DNA of 40,896 nt from a virus (taxonomy: Duplodnaviria; Heunggongvirae; Uroviricota; Caudoviricetes): IMG/VR virus record IMGVR_UViG_2558309052_000002, one strand, 5' to 3'. Positions 7,703 to 16,863 of the stretch are shown here, in pieces (the first letter of the stretch is position 1; the number at the start of each line of letters is the position of its first letter). Made by a program: the position numbers and the translations under genes. The notes under the pieces are model-generated. The model did no database searches and was not told the origin of the DNA. It saw only the letters and a list, made by a program, of their open reading frames with translations.

Positions 7703-8853
7703 TTTTTCTTCTCCTTAATCACCGTCGATGTACTGCCATCCGGGTGATAAACCGTGAGTTTCTGAGTTTTTTGTTTTTTCCCTCTTGTGACTGGCCCCCG
7801 TGCCACTTCCAGCTCTGTGGTGTAGCCGCTGTTACGGTCAAACGCATGGCGGGCAGTGGTTATGAGCCATGGCCCGGATAACTGCCCAAAACTCACCAGT
7901 TCAATTTTGTTGCCTGCTGTCAGTTGAGGTGTTCCCGTCAGCGTCAGGGAGCCGTTCTGCTGGTATTCGTTATGTCTGGCCAGTGCTGAATCCGCTTTAA
8001 TCCGGGCACTGTCCGGGTCGCTGACGCGGCTGTTAACTTTAAGTGAGTCAGCGCTGGTAACCTTACCACCTTTGAGCTTTTTGTCGCTTTCACGGGTACC
8101 ACCATCAGCTTCGTAGACGATCAGTTTTTTACTGCTGCTTTTCTGGTGTTTTACCTTTGCAGATTTATAGACCCGGTTGATGGTGTCACGCAGGGAAAAG
8201 CGGGCCACATCCTGCGGTTTTAACTGCCTGACCGGCTCCTGACTGCGCAGTGTGGCCAGATGAGAAAAAATCAGCTGGTCACTGACCACTTTCACTGCAT
8301 AACCATACTCGCTGGCCAGCCGGCGCAGAAAACCCACGTCGGTTTCAGCATACTGGGTCACCCGGTCGATTCTGATGGACTCAATGCTGCCCACCAGTTT
8401 CAGCCGGTGCTTTCTGGCAATCCGCCCCGCAACAGCTGCCAGCGTGGTGTTCTCAAAACCACGACTGGTTTTAGTCCGCAGGGCACTGTTAACCGAGGTG
8501 GCCACCCCACGGATAGAAACAACGGAAGCGGGCGAACTCACTTCGATCTCGTCTATAGAGAACGTACCGCAGGACAGCAGCTTCTCGCCCTGATAGCCCA
8601 TTTTCAGCGTCAGCGTGTCACCCTTGCCCGGATACCATTTATCCAGCCAGCGGCCATCGGTGTCGTCCAGCTCCACCTCAATGGTATCGGACTCATTTTT
8701 GATGTTATCGCTCCAGGTCACACGGGTGACATAAGGCGCGATATCAGAGGTGATGTTTTTCTGCAGATACCACAGAGTGAACACCGGTGTCAGCACATCG
8801 CTGACGCCGGTTAACGCTGATGTGACTTGCGCAGTGCTGTTTATCTCAGCCAT
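7699..8853 (-). CDS. tail protein, P2 gpD-like (Mu P-like)
   Basis: 384 aa; ATGA overlap with the downstream V-like gene; size and order match the P2 gpD / Mu gpP family. Confidence 0.75.
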   Translation of the reverse strand: MAEINSTAQVTSALTGVSDVLTPVFTLWYLQKNITSDIAPYVTRVTWSDNIKNESDTIEVELDDTDGRWLDKWYPGKGDTLTLKMGYQGEKLLSCGTFSIDEIEVSSPASVVSIRGVATSVNSALRTKTSRGFENTTLAAVAGRIARKHRLKLVGSIESIRIDRVTQYAETDVGFLRRLASEYGYAVKVVSDQLIFSHLATLRSQEPVRQLKPQDVARFSLRDTINRVYKSAKVKHQKSSSKKLIVYEADGGTRESDKKLKGGKVTSADSLKVNSRVSDPDSARIKADSALARHNEYQQNGSLTLTGTPQLTAGNKIELVSFGQLSGPWLITTARHAFDRNSGYTTELEVARGPVTRGKKQKTQKLTVYHPDGSTSTVIKEKKK

Positions 8854-9056
8854 GGGGCAATATCCTCTTCTGTACGGGCTTCTTCAGCCTCAATCACCGG
8901 GATCAGTAACAACAGCCCGGAGGGCAGCACCGGCGTGATGGCCACGTGCGGATTGGCGGCAATAATCCGGGGATAGCCCAGCGGGTCACCGTAGTACTGC
9001 CATGCCAGCGAATCCCAGCGCTCTCCGTCACGGGTAACATGTTCAAGAAACATCAC
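8841..9056 (-). CDS. tail protein X-like (small LysM-like tail protein)
   Basis: 71 aa (MMFLEHVTRDGERWDSLAWQYYGDP...); size, sequence character and position immediately upstream of the gpD-like gene. Confidence 0.65.
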   Translation of the reverse strand: MMFLEHVTRDGERWDSLAWQYYGDPLGYPRIIAANPHVAITPVLPSGLLLLIPVIEAEEARTEEDIAPWLR

Positions 9057-9937
9057 ACACTCCTCGTCAGTATTCTGGCGGCCATTGCACTTAATCCCGG
9101 AGACATGCGGTTGAATGCTGTGCCGACGGCGTTAAGCTGCCCGGAAACGGTATCCAGAGCACCTGCAATATTTCTTTTGTCCACACCACTCAGCGCAGAC
9201 TGTGCCTGCTGTACATACGTGGCTGCTTCGCTGGCTGTTCTGGCCAGACTGATGGCATCGGGCATGGATTCAGAGAGTGCGTTAAACGCCGGAACACTTT
9301 TCCCCAGAGCCCCGGAGATATTACCCAGTCCGCTCATCAGCCCCGGCACACGGGTCAGTGCGACAACGGGGTTATCCTTCATTTTCTGTGTCACCCGAAC
9401 GGCGCTGATAGTGGTCTGGAGTACAGACTGCGCCTGTTTCGCATAGTTGACGCCGTTGCGGATGAACTGCGCCACCCCTGAAGGTGAAGGTATGGCACCG
9501 GAGACCGCCCCGACACCCGGGAGCTTCGTGCGTATTGCCGGTGGTTGCAGAGGATTTTTCGGGTCACCGGTGTATTCCCGGAGAGACACGGTGGCACTGA
9601 CAGCCAGCACGTTGCCGGTACTGTCAGTCTGCTCGCTGGTTGCAGTCACATCGGTGATCACGAACCAGCCGCGATAGTCACCGTTGCCGAAGACCAGCGC
9701 CAGTGCCTGATGGGCTTTCATGGCTGTTCGCAGTCTCGCCAGCTCCACATCGGGTACACAATAATGCTGATGGAAAACCAGAGTTATCTGGATTTCGTCC
9801 AGCCTGTCGCCGACGAACTGCAGACCAGGCTTACCCCCGATGCGGGCATGCTCCGCATAATCGACGCCGAACGTGGCCTCGAAGCCGTCCCAGTAGGTAA
9901 TCAGCTCAAACTCAATATCACCCAGTACGGCAAACAT
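9053..9937 (-). CDS. tail protein (P2 gpU-like / Mu gpN-like position)
   Basis: 294 aa directly downstream of the tape measure gene; assignment is by gene order only. Confidence 0.5.
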   Translation of the reverse strand: MFAVLGDIEFELITYWDGFEATFGVDYAEHARIGGKPGLQFVGDRLDEIQITLVFHQHYCVPDVELARLRTAMKAHQALALVFGNGDYRGWFVITDVTATSEQTDSTGNVLAVSATVSLREYTGDPKNPLQPPAIRTKLPGVGAVSGAIPSPSGVAQFIRNGVNYAKQAQSVLQTTISAVRVTQKMKDNPVVALTRVPGLMSGLGNISGALGKSVPAFNALSESMPDAISLARTASEAATYVQQAQSALSGVDKRNIAGALDTVSGQLNAVGTAFNRMSPGLSAMAARILTRSV

Positions 9938-12888
9938 CAGCGGTACTCCTTACGTTGTTTCTGAGCCAGCAGACGCTCCAGCATTTTTTCCAGCTCATGC
10001 AGACTCATATTCAGGGCACCAGTCAGTCCTGCAGGCGCTGTGGTTTCCCTGCCATTGAGGAAAAACTGAGGATTAAAGCTGACCTGGATACCACCAGACG
10101 TTCCACCGCCGGTTGCAGCTGCACCACGGCCTGAATATCCGGCAGCCAGGATTTCAGGCGAGGGGATACGGGGAACATCCGGTGTCATCTCATTTGCCAG
10201 ACGTTGCCCTGGTAAAATCGATGCCCGGGTGGAGAGCGGAATAGCGGGCATGGAAGACAAACTATTGATTACGGCTCCGATCGCATTTTTAGCAGACGAC
10301 ATAAACCCATTGATATCGGGCAACGGCATACTGAAGCGAACACCTGAAGTGTTATCCCGTATTTCTGGCCCCTGAATGCTCACGGGCATTCTGGGGAGCA
10401 GTTCACTGGCCATTCGCTGCCCGGCCAGAGCTGCAAGCGGAGTGGTCCGCTGCAGGCCAATGGCGGCCCCCTGCGCGATATTGTCACCAAAGCCCATAAA
10501 CACGCGGCTCGGCGAATGAATGCCCAGCTTTTCGCTGAACCAGCCACTGATGCTGTCGCCCATTCCGGTTACACTGGATTTGAGCGACTCCCATTTGTTT
10601 TTGATACCGTTAATCAGACCATCGACAAGATGGCCACCGAAGTCGGTAAACTTTGCCGGCAGATCAACACCAAGATATTTCAGCGCAGCTGCAAAGGCTT
10701 TATAGAGCAGACCTGCCGGCGACCAGTTAATCAGCAGCTTACCAGTTCCCGCGATACCGCCGTTAAAGGCTTCCTGAATGTCAGCCCAGCATTGTTTAAA
10801 CCAGCTACTGATGCTGTCACCCATTCCGGTTACACTGGATTTGAGCGACCCCCATTTGTTTTTGATACCGTTAATCAAACCGTCGATAAGATGGCCACCG
10901 AAGTCGGTGAACTTTGCCGGCAGAGTAACGCCGAAATATTTCAGCGCAGCCGCAAAGGCTTTATAGAGCAGGCCTGCCGGCGACCAGTTAATCAGCAGCT
11001 TACCAGTTCCCGCGATACCGCCGTTAAAGGCTTCCTGAATGTCAGCCCAGCGCTGTTTAAACCAGCCACTGACTGCCCCCCAGTTGCGGTAGATAAGGTA
11101 AGCTGCTGCCGCGACAGCGGTGATAACGAGACCGATGGGATTCATCATCAGCGCTCGCCCAATCCAGAGAACGGCACGTGCAGCGCTCATAAAACCGCGA
11201 ACGAGGCTGCCCGCCAGAACTTTGCTGAGTTTCAGTCCTCCGCTGGTCAGTCGGCTGAATCCAGTGACAAGCCAGCGTAATTTGCCACCTTCTCCGAGTG
11301 CGGTAGTCAGTCGATGCCAGTTGGTCCGGAGTAAAACAGCAGTTTTCCAGACGTTCACAAAGGGGGAAATAAGGAGATTCAGCCCCAGTTTGAGACCAAC
11401 AGTCGCTATCTTAATCGCAAGGAGCGCACTGATGAGCTTAAAAGCCCCACTGACAAATTGCGGGTGAGTCGCCACCCAGTGTTTTGTCCCCTGAATGAGT
11501 GGGAGCAAGTCCTGAGTCAGAGAAATAAAAGATGGAGCTAATTGATCGCCCAGCGTAATTGCCAGATCGCGACTGCTGACCATAAGTGTTTTAGTGGCTT
11601 CAAGGGGAGATTTCAGCCGCTGATCATAAGCACTGGCAAGCAAATCGTTATCCGCAGCCCTGAGAGCACCGGCACGGATCTCTCGATATCTGTCCATGTT
11701 GGCCAGCATCGGGCGGATAAATGCCATGACCTGCATATCCGCGAACATATCGCCCAGACCAAAGTTTTTCGCCAGAGCCTGAAGTGCCTCATCTCTTGCC
11801 GTATCATTCTTTATTTTCATGGCTGATTTGAAGCCGGCCAGCGCTTCGGGGCTTTTGGCATTGAGGTAACGTTCTATAACACTCAACATCCCTTCAATCG
11901 GAGAGATCCCCGCAGCTTTATAACTCGCAATAGATCCCTGCAAATCAATACCCAGATCAGCAAACTGTTTCTGAGTATCGCGGGCAAAAATTTTGGTAAG
12001 AAAGTTTTTAAAATTATTGGCTGCTTCGTCGGTGGAACCTGCACCGATTTTTGCTATCTGGAGACTGGCCCCGATTTCAGCAACAGCCTCTTTTCCACTG
12101 GCAATACCCGCCATCATTGGGGCCAGGGACTGCATCCACTTGACCTGATCCGGGATTTCAAATGACCCCTGGTCACCGGCATAAGCCATAATATTCTGAA
12201 CGGCACCAAAATCTCTGGCCGCGCCTTTCAGGGAGTTTTGCCAGACTGCGGCCACTTTTGCCCAGTCCTGAGCAGACGTGCGTGTTGCCGTTGCCGCGCG
12301 GGCAATATCCGGCATCAGAAAACCGATATCTGACACATTATCAATATTGTCGCTGATGAGTGAACCCATCGCCTCCTGCAGCTCATCCTGATACTGATTG
12401 TATTTAAGCGCCCAGCCTTTTATCTGTCCGGCAAGTGCATCCCGCGTTTTATTGTCATATTTTGCGGTGATCGACATATCAATCATTTTGTCCTGAAAAG
12501 ACATGGACTGCTGAACGGCAGGGGAAACCGTATGATAAACAGTCTGTGCCATGCCATACGCTTCAATCCCCTGACCATACAGCGCCATGCGGTTAGCTTT
12601 CAGCGCATCACTGGTAGCGGATGCCGCTGACAGACGGCGCTGCTGGCGCTCAATTTGCTCCATGGTGCGGCTTACCCGCAGCAGCTCGCTGTTGAGATGC
12701 TGCATCCGGGAAGAACCCAGTTGACCATAACGTTCTGTTGCACGGGTTAAAGCGTTCTGACGTTCCTGCAGGCGGCGTGAGGTATCGCTCAGGGAATCAA
12801 GCGCACGGCGGGTACCGCTCATTGCAGAACGGAATGTGCTGCCAATCATCCCGCCGATAACAACGCCGACTGAAAACTGTCCCGACAT
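9937..12888 (-). CDS. tail tape measure protein
   Basis: 983 aa, alpha-helical and Gly/Ala-rich, downstream of the frameshifted tail chaperone; RBS GGAGG before the ATG at 12888; contains an internal 86-aa tandem duplication. Confidence 0.9.
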   Translation of the reverse strand: MSGQFSVGVVIGGMIGSTFRSAMSGTRRALDSLSDTSRRLQERQNALTRATERYGQLGSSRMQHLNSELLRVSRTMEQIERQQRRLSAASATSDALKANRMALYGQGIEAYGMAQTVYHTVSPAVQQSMSFQDKMIDMSITAKYDNKTRDALAGQIKGWALKYNQYQDELQEAMGSLISDNIDNVSDIGFLMPDIARAATATRTSAQDWAKVAAVWQNSLKGAARDFGAVQNIMAYAGDQGSFEIPDQVKWMQSLAPMMAGIASGKEAVAEIGASLQIAKIGAGSTDEAANNFKNFLTKIFARDTQKQFADLGIDLQGSIASYKAAGISPIEGMLSVIERYLNAKSPEALAGFKSAMKIKNDTARDEALQALAKNFGLGDMFADMQVMAFIRPMLANMDRYREIRAGALRAADNDLLASAYDQRLKSPLEATKTLMVSSRDLAITLGDQLAPSFISLTQDLLPLIQGTKHWVATHPQFVSGAFKLISALLAIKIATVGLKLGLNLLISPFVNVWKTAVLLRTNWHRLTTALGEGGKLRWLVTGFSRLTSGGLKLSKVLAGSLVRGFMSAARAVLWIGRALMMNPIGLVITAVAAAAYLIYRNWGAVSGWFKQRWADIQEAFNGGIAGTGKLLINWSPAGLLYKAFAAALKYFGVTLPAKFTDFGGHLIDGLINGIKNKWGSLKSSVTGMGDSISSWFKQCWADIQEAFNGGIAGTGKLLINWSPAGLLYKAFAAALKYLGVDLPAKFTDFGGHLVDGLINGIKNKWESLKSSVTGMGDSISGWFSEKLGIHSPSRVFMGFGDNIAQGAAIGLQRTTPLAALAGQRMASELLPRMPVSIQGPEIRDNTSGVRFSMPLPDINGFMSSAKNAIGAVINSLSSMPAIPLSTRASILPGQRLANEMTPDVPRIPSPEILAAGYSGRGAAATGGGTSGGIQVSFNPQFFLNGRETTAPAGLTGALNMSLHELEKMLERLLAQKQRKEYR
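10538..11053 (-). repeat. 258-bp perfect-frame tandem duplication inside the tape measure gene
   Basis: Two consecutive near-identical 258-bp units (10538-10795, 10796-11053) plus the start of a third. Protein shows WADIQEAFNGGIAGTGKLLINWSPAGLLYKAFAAALKY...GIKNKW.SLKSSVTGMGDSIS twice; near-identical shadow ORFs on + at 10520 and 10778. Confidence 0.9.
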
Positions 12889-12963
12889 AGTGGTTAACCT
12901 CCGGGGAAGGTGAAAAGACGTGAGGGGATAACGCAGAACAGCCGCTACTGGCGGCTGTCTGTA

Positions 12964-13381
12964 CTATGATTTGTCGCCGTACTCGCTTTTGATTTGCTCT
13001 TCAGCCTGCTCCAGCCACATCTCCAGATCGTCAGTATCGAGGGCATCAATCTCCCCCGGCTGAAACCGGAACCATCTCGCCAGCAGCCCCTGCGCCTGCG
13101 TCAGCGCCCTGGTTGCTCTCACCCATCCCCGTGATGAGCTGAAATCGTTTCTGTAACTGCAGGTAATCAGCCAGATCCATATTGTCGAGATCCTCCGGGA
13201 GAAGACCAGTACTGCGGGCAATCAGCGGTTCGTCCCAGTCTGCCGGGTTTTTGCTGATTTTGCGCACCTGCTTCAGGTCTTTTACCGTCAGGCGTTTCAG
13301 TTCAACCAGCTCAATTCTGGTGCCTGCAGCAGTGGTGAAGGGATAAGACAATTTAAAAGTATCGGATGGGGTCTGTGACAT
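12964..13381 (-). CDS. tail assembly chaperone, frameshift-extended form
   Basis: A second frame (stop at 12964) overlaps the 3' end of the chaperone ORF in a +1/-2 relationship. A G5 run (13053-13057) lies 5 nt before the zero-frame stop. Predicted fusion ...MVPVSAG/EIDALDTDDLEMWLEQAEEQIKSEYGDKS. Confidence 0.55.
13046..13381 (-). CDS. tail assembly chaperone (P2 gpE-like / Mu gp41-like)
   Basis: 111 aa, acidic C-terminal region; RBS AGGAG before the ATG at 13381; immediately upstream of the tape measure gene. Confidence 0.75.
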   Translation of the reverse strand: MSQTPSDTFKLSYPFTTAAGTRIELVELKRLTVKDLKQVRKISKNPADWDEPLIARSTGLLPEDLDNMDLADYLQLQKRFQLITGMGESNQGADAGAGAAGEMVPVSAGGD

Positions 13382-13402
13382 GATTGTGCTCCTGTGTAAG
13401 TT

Positions 13403-13442
13403 CAGGGCAGTATGTCGGGAGAAGCGCGTGACGGATATTAAA
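13403..13442 (-). promoter_or_regulatory. late-promoter-like motif (copy 3), upstream of the tail chaperone and tape measure genes
   Basis: TTTAATATC-N23-CTGCCCTG on the minus strand, same spacing as the two better copies at 19323-19361 and 26787-26825; preceded by a C-rich tract. Confidence 0.4.
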
Positions 13443-13471
13443 GGAGATTAAGAAGAAGGGGCCGGAGCCCC
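13440..13471 (-). terminator. putative intrinsic terminator after the small ORF in the tail operon
   Basis: Minus-strand hairpin GGGGC-TCCG-GCCCC followed by TTCTTCTTAATCTCCTTT, directly after the stop of ORF 13479-13760. Confidence 0.5.
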
Positions 13472-13478
13472 TGTGATG

Positions 13479-13760
13479 TCAGCAAGTGCGAAACCCCTTG
13501 CAGTTACGCAGGAAAGCGATGAGAAGCGTCTTTCCCTCAGATTTGCCGATGCCGGAGAACCAGTGGTCGGGAGGCTCCCATGCTTCAATCAAATCCGCCA
13601 GTTTGCGGGCCTTTGAACGTGTGCAGTCAATCGGGTCATTGGTTTTACGGGTATTAAAAAGGGTTTCCACCCCCGGAATATCAAGGAGGGTAAACCACGT
13701 ACCATTTGACATGCCCAGTGCCGCACATCGTCCTCCTTTATCCGTCAGTTCAACACTCAC
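13479..13760 (-). CDS. hypothetical protein (possible moron between tail tube and tail chaperone genes)
   Basis: 93-aa ORF (MSVELTDKGGRCAALGMSNGTWFTLLDIPGVETLFN...) with no family I recognise; followed by its own terminator-like hairpin; no counterpart at this position in canonical Mu or P2 gene order. Confidence 0.45.
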   Translation of the reverse strand: MSVELTDKGGRCAALGMSNGTWFTLLDIPGVETLFNTRKTNDPIDCTRSKARKLADLIEAWEPPDHWFSGIGKSEGKTLLIAFLRNCKGFRTC

Positions 13761-13762
13761 CG

Positions 13763-14284
13763 TCAGCCCCCGATATTGATACGGTAGTCAGTCAGTTGAT
13801 CAACACCGCCGACCCGGAAGATGTTGGCCAGATAGTCCAGTTGCAGCAGCTCTTCACCATCCAGTACCTGTCTGATATACGTGCAGGTGAAGCTACTGGA
13901 GAACTCGGCGTTCTCGTGCTGTTTGAACGTCCCCAGCGGGTTCTTCTTGAACATAATCGTCAGGAAGGTGACCAGCGGGATTTCGTCAATCAGCCCCTGC
14001 GAGCTGTAGCGCTGGACGCTGGAACGACACTGCAGTGCCAGCGACCTGTACGGGTTCGCGGCAGACAGCATCGCATCGCGGTAAAAGCTGTTCCATTTGA
14101 TTTCGCCTTCCAGTTTGTCAAAACCAGCCGGGAGTTCCACCTTACCCACCATCCCCAGCGCCTTGTGTTCCTGCATAATCATGGAGACATCGGGGAGTTT
14201 AACTTCCTCAGCCCGTCCCAGCAGGTTAGTACCATCCAGATAGATGTTGGCATTCGTGATGCGGTTTATCTCAATCTTTGACAT
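13763..14284 (-). CDS. tail tube protein (Mu M / P2 FII-like)
   Basis: 173 aa directly downstream of the sheath gene, start overlapping the sheath stop. Confidence 0.85.
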   Translation of the reverse strand: MSKIEINRITNANIYLDGTNLLGRAEEVKLPDVSMIMQEHKALGMVGKVELPAGFDKLEGEIKWNSFYRDAMLSAANPYRSLALQCRSSVQRYSSQGLIDEIPLVTFLTIMFKKNPLGTFKQHENAEFSSSFTCTYIRQVLDGEELLQLDYLANIFRVGGVDQLTDYRINIGG

Positions 14285-15711
14285 CAGTTGCCCCCTTTCA
14301 GGGTTAACAGGTATTCCGAGGTGATCTCAGTCTCAAACGTCAGTCGCTCCAGCGGCGGTGGTGGCGTATATTTGTAGCTCAGCAACAGGTGCCCGGCGGC
14401 CAGCTCCGTCTCCGGATTGCGGGCCGGATCAAACCAGCAACGGAAGCCCAGTACCGCACCATCACCAGTCATTTTGCGACCGTAGGCGTTGACCGACTCC
14501 GTCAGTGCATCAATCAGCGCCTGAGTAATCGGCATGTCGATGTACTGCTGGCTGAAATAACGAATGGACTCGTTGATCACATCACCGGTGCGGCGAACGT
14601 TCTCAAAGTTACGCATATGGGTGACCGTTGGCCATGCTGCCGTCCGGTTACCCCACAGACGAAGGCCGCTGCCGTAACTGCTGAATACCGTGGTGATCCC
14701 CTGTTCGTTAAGCAGGTTCACCTCACTCTGCGGGTCATCAATCATCGCGGACAGCTGGCGCTCCACGCCGGTGATCCCCAGAATCTCCTGATTGGAGGAT
14801 GACCACCAGTAGCCCTTGTCCAGATCGACTCTGGCACGCAGACCTGCTGCACGCTGGCTGAGCGGCTCCAGACGCTCTGTGTTTGTCACCGGGTCATATA
14901 CCTTCACATGCGGATAGCACAGACGGACGCGGTCGGAGCTGGTATTGAAGTTGATGGTGCCTTCCGGGCCACGACCTGCCAGAGCCTGTGCAAAGGTGGT
15001 ACCGACAGGCGCATCAATGTAGGTTACCGCGCCCAGCTTCTCTGCCATGGCGATAAGCTCAACTGCGACACTCTTCTGGGTGCAGAACACCGGCGCAATC
15101 AGAATTTTGGCGAAATAGCCGTACAGGTTGAAGCTGTCGTTAAGCAGCTTCATGCCGGTTCGGTTTCCGGCGCTGTTCACCCCGCCGATGATGTCCGCCG
15201 CAGTCACCTTCGACGGGTCCGCGTACTCATAGCTCACCTTCACGCTGCCACCGGCCTCAATAGCCTTGCCCAGGTTCGTGAGCACACCCGCCTGCGCATC
15301 AACACGGTAGTCCGTGTTCGCCGTGTGGGTGGTGCTGCCTTCACTGTTTTTCACCACCACATTAGCGACAACCGGATGCGCCAGTCTGGCCTGCCCTGTC
15401 GATTTGTCAAAGGTAACCACCTCATCCTCGATCGCCGTTTTATGTTTCGCCGGGTCGAGGACGTTAATGACCAGAACGGTGCCTGCACCATGGTCATAAA
15501 TCGCATCCAGCGCCTGCGGAATGGTAAAGCCGGTGAACTGGCTGCCAAATGCCGCTGCGTCTTTCTCAGACAGGCACTGTACCAGCGTATTGACATCCCC
15601 CATCGGGGCGGTACCAATCAGGCCAATAACGGCAGATTTCACCGTTTTAACCGGGCGGGCACCGTTTTCCACCTCAATGGTTTCGGGACCATGCAGATAG
15701 TTAGCTGCCAT
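14284..15711 (-). CDS. contractile tail sheath protein (Mu L / P2 FI-like)
   Basis: 475 aa; characteristic size and sequence character of sheath proteins; followed by the tube gene. Confidence 0.9.
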   Translation of the reverse strand: MAANYLHGPETIEVENGARPVKTVKSAVIGLIGTAPMGDVNTLVQCLSEKDAAAFGSQFTGFTIPQALDAIYDHGAGTVLVINVLDPAKHKTAIEDEVVTFDKSTGQARLAHPVVANVVVKNSEGSTTHTANTDYRVDAQAGVLTNLGKAIEAGGSVKVSYEYADPSKVTAADIIGGVNSAGNRTGMKLLNDSFNLYGYFAKILIAPVFCTQKSVAVELIAMAEKLGAVTYIDAPVGTTFAQALAGRGPEGTINFNTSSDRVRLCYPHVKVYDPVTNTERLEPLSQRAAGLRARVDLDKGYWWSSSNQEILGITGVERQLSAMIDDPQSEVNLLNEQGITTVFSSYGSGLRLWGNRTAAWPTVTHMRNFENVRRTGDVINESIRYFSQQYIDMPITQALIDALTESVNAYGRKMTGDGAVLGFRCWFDPARNPETELAAGHLLLSYKYTPPPPLERLTFETEITSEYLLTLKGGN

Positions 15712-15955
15712 GGGTGTCCTCCGTTTTCACTTCGCTGTCACTGCTGCTTCTGCGCTTTGGTGACTGCACAGCCGGTGTGCCGGCGGGTTTAGTCTCTTCA
15801 GGTACCGGCGTCAGATGTTTCAGCGCCACCAGTACCTTCACGTAGTCATGCTCCTCCGGCAGGGAAACCGTCTTCCCCGGCCAGAGCAGGATTTCGGTTC
15901 CGTCCGACAGCGTGACGCCGCTGGCCGGGCCGGAATAGCGGTATTCTTTCATCAC
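15701..15955 (-). CDS. Mu gp38-like small protein
   Basis: 84 aa; position between the gp37-like and sheath genes. Confidence 0.5.
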   Translation of the reverse strand: MMKEYRYSGPASGVTLSDGTEILLWPGKTVSLPEEHDYVKVLVALKHLTPVPEETKPAGTPAVQSPKRRSSSDSEVKTEDTHGS

Positions 15956-16416
15956 TCGCTTTCCTCATAGTTCACTTCGGTTAACAGCGGGCCGGACGGT
16001 AAATCGCTGTCTTCGATAAAGACGCTTTCAGTCGCGAAGTCGAGGGCGTACTGCCACAGCCCCCTGACTTCACCGATAAACACCTCGCGGGTCAGCCAGA
16101 TACGGCGGCGGCAGCCGGGCGGGGTGTGGCCACCGAGAATGCGGCGGACAGCATCCAGGACATTAATCGCCCCTTTTTTACCGTTGAGCTGGCGGAAGAC
16201 CACCGTGACGCAGAGCTGGATAGTCTGAGACTGGATCACCGCACCGGTATCATCCGGCCTGTCAAAGCGCGAACCGGCATAGCTCAACAGCAACGCGCCA
16301 ACCGGATGGTTCAGGCGATATTCAGCCGGTTTCTCCGGGAAGTACTCCACCTGCAGTTGCGGCAGCTTCTCGCGTAACCGGGCCAGTACCGCATCAAGGA
16401 CGGGCAGAACGTTCAT
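15952..16416 (-). CDS. Mu gp37-like head/tail completion protein
   Basis: 154 aa; gene order match to the Mu gp36-gp37-gp38 block. Confidence 0.6.
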   Translation of the reverse strand: MNVLPVLDAVLARLREKLPQLQVEYFPEKPAEYRLNHPVGALLLSYAGSRFDRPDDTGAVIQSQTIQLCVTVVFRQLNGKKGAINVLDAVRRILGGHTPPGCRRRIWLTREVFIGEVRGLWQYALDFATESVFIEDSDLPSGPLLTEVNYEESE

Positions 16417-16862
16417 CAGTATTTCTCCAGTAAACCGTCACGACCGCCGAAAGTGGCCGGGCGACTGCGTACACGAAACTCGCCAGGCTCAGGCACATCT
16501 TTCTGAGTGGACGGCAGCCCCAGCGTGAGCCTGTTATCACGTAACTCCCTGAGTTGCCGCAGCGCTTCTTTGTGGTCATCCTTCACCGTATCCGGGAGGT
16601 CACCTTCCGGGCGGCGGGCGTAGAGCCGGTAACGGACCAGCGTGATGGCAATGTCCCGCAGAACAGTCGGTATCTCTGCCAGTGGCAGGATATAGCGTCC
16701 GCGCAGATGGGCATCAATCAGCTCGTCGGCATAGCGGATACAGCTGTCCACCACACGGGTATTCACTGTTGCAGGTGAGTCGAAGTCCATCTCTTCACTG
16801 GTGAGCTCGATAAGCGTCCGCTCCGGCACCTGCGCAAGCAAATCCTCCAGGGTGCAGTACAT
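16416..16862 (-). CDS. Mu gp36-like head completion protein
   Basis: 149 aa from the ATG at 16862 (MYCTLEDLLAQVPERTLIELT...); directly follows the upstream gene stop. Confidence 0.6.
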   Translation of the reverse strand: MYCTLEDLLAQVPERTLIELTSEEMDFDSPATVNTRVVDSCIRYADELIDAHLRGRYILPLAEIPTVLRDIAITLVRYRLYARRPEGDLPDTVKDDHKEALRQLRELRDNRLTLGLPSTQKDVPEPGEFRVRSRPATFGGRDGLLEKY

Positions 16863-16863
16863 G

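Noticed and set aside
4339-11053. Possible CRISPR array suggested by repeated sequence
   Set aside because: All repeats found are long (168 and 258 bp), directly adjacent and in-frame within coding genes, with no short repeat-spacer pattern. No CRISPR array present.
10516-11280. Plus-strand ORFs inside the tape measure gene, including two near-identical 61-62-aa ORFs
   Set aside because: Shadows of the duplicated tape measure sequence on the opposite strand; useful only as evidence of the tandem repeat.
13046-13221. Canonical -1 frameshift for the tail chaperone
   Set aside because: The two frames are +1/-2 relative to each other and no -1 slippery heptamer of X-XXY-YYZ type is positioned to join them.
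13486-13779. 97-aa plus-strand ORF overlapping the small minus-strand ORF
   Set aside because: Arg/Ser-rich translation and opposite to the operon direction; the minus-strand ORF with its terminator is more plausible. Neither is certain.
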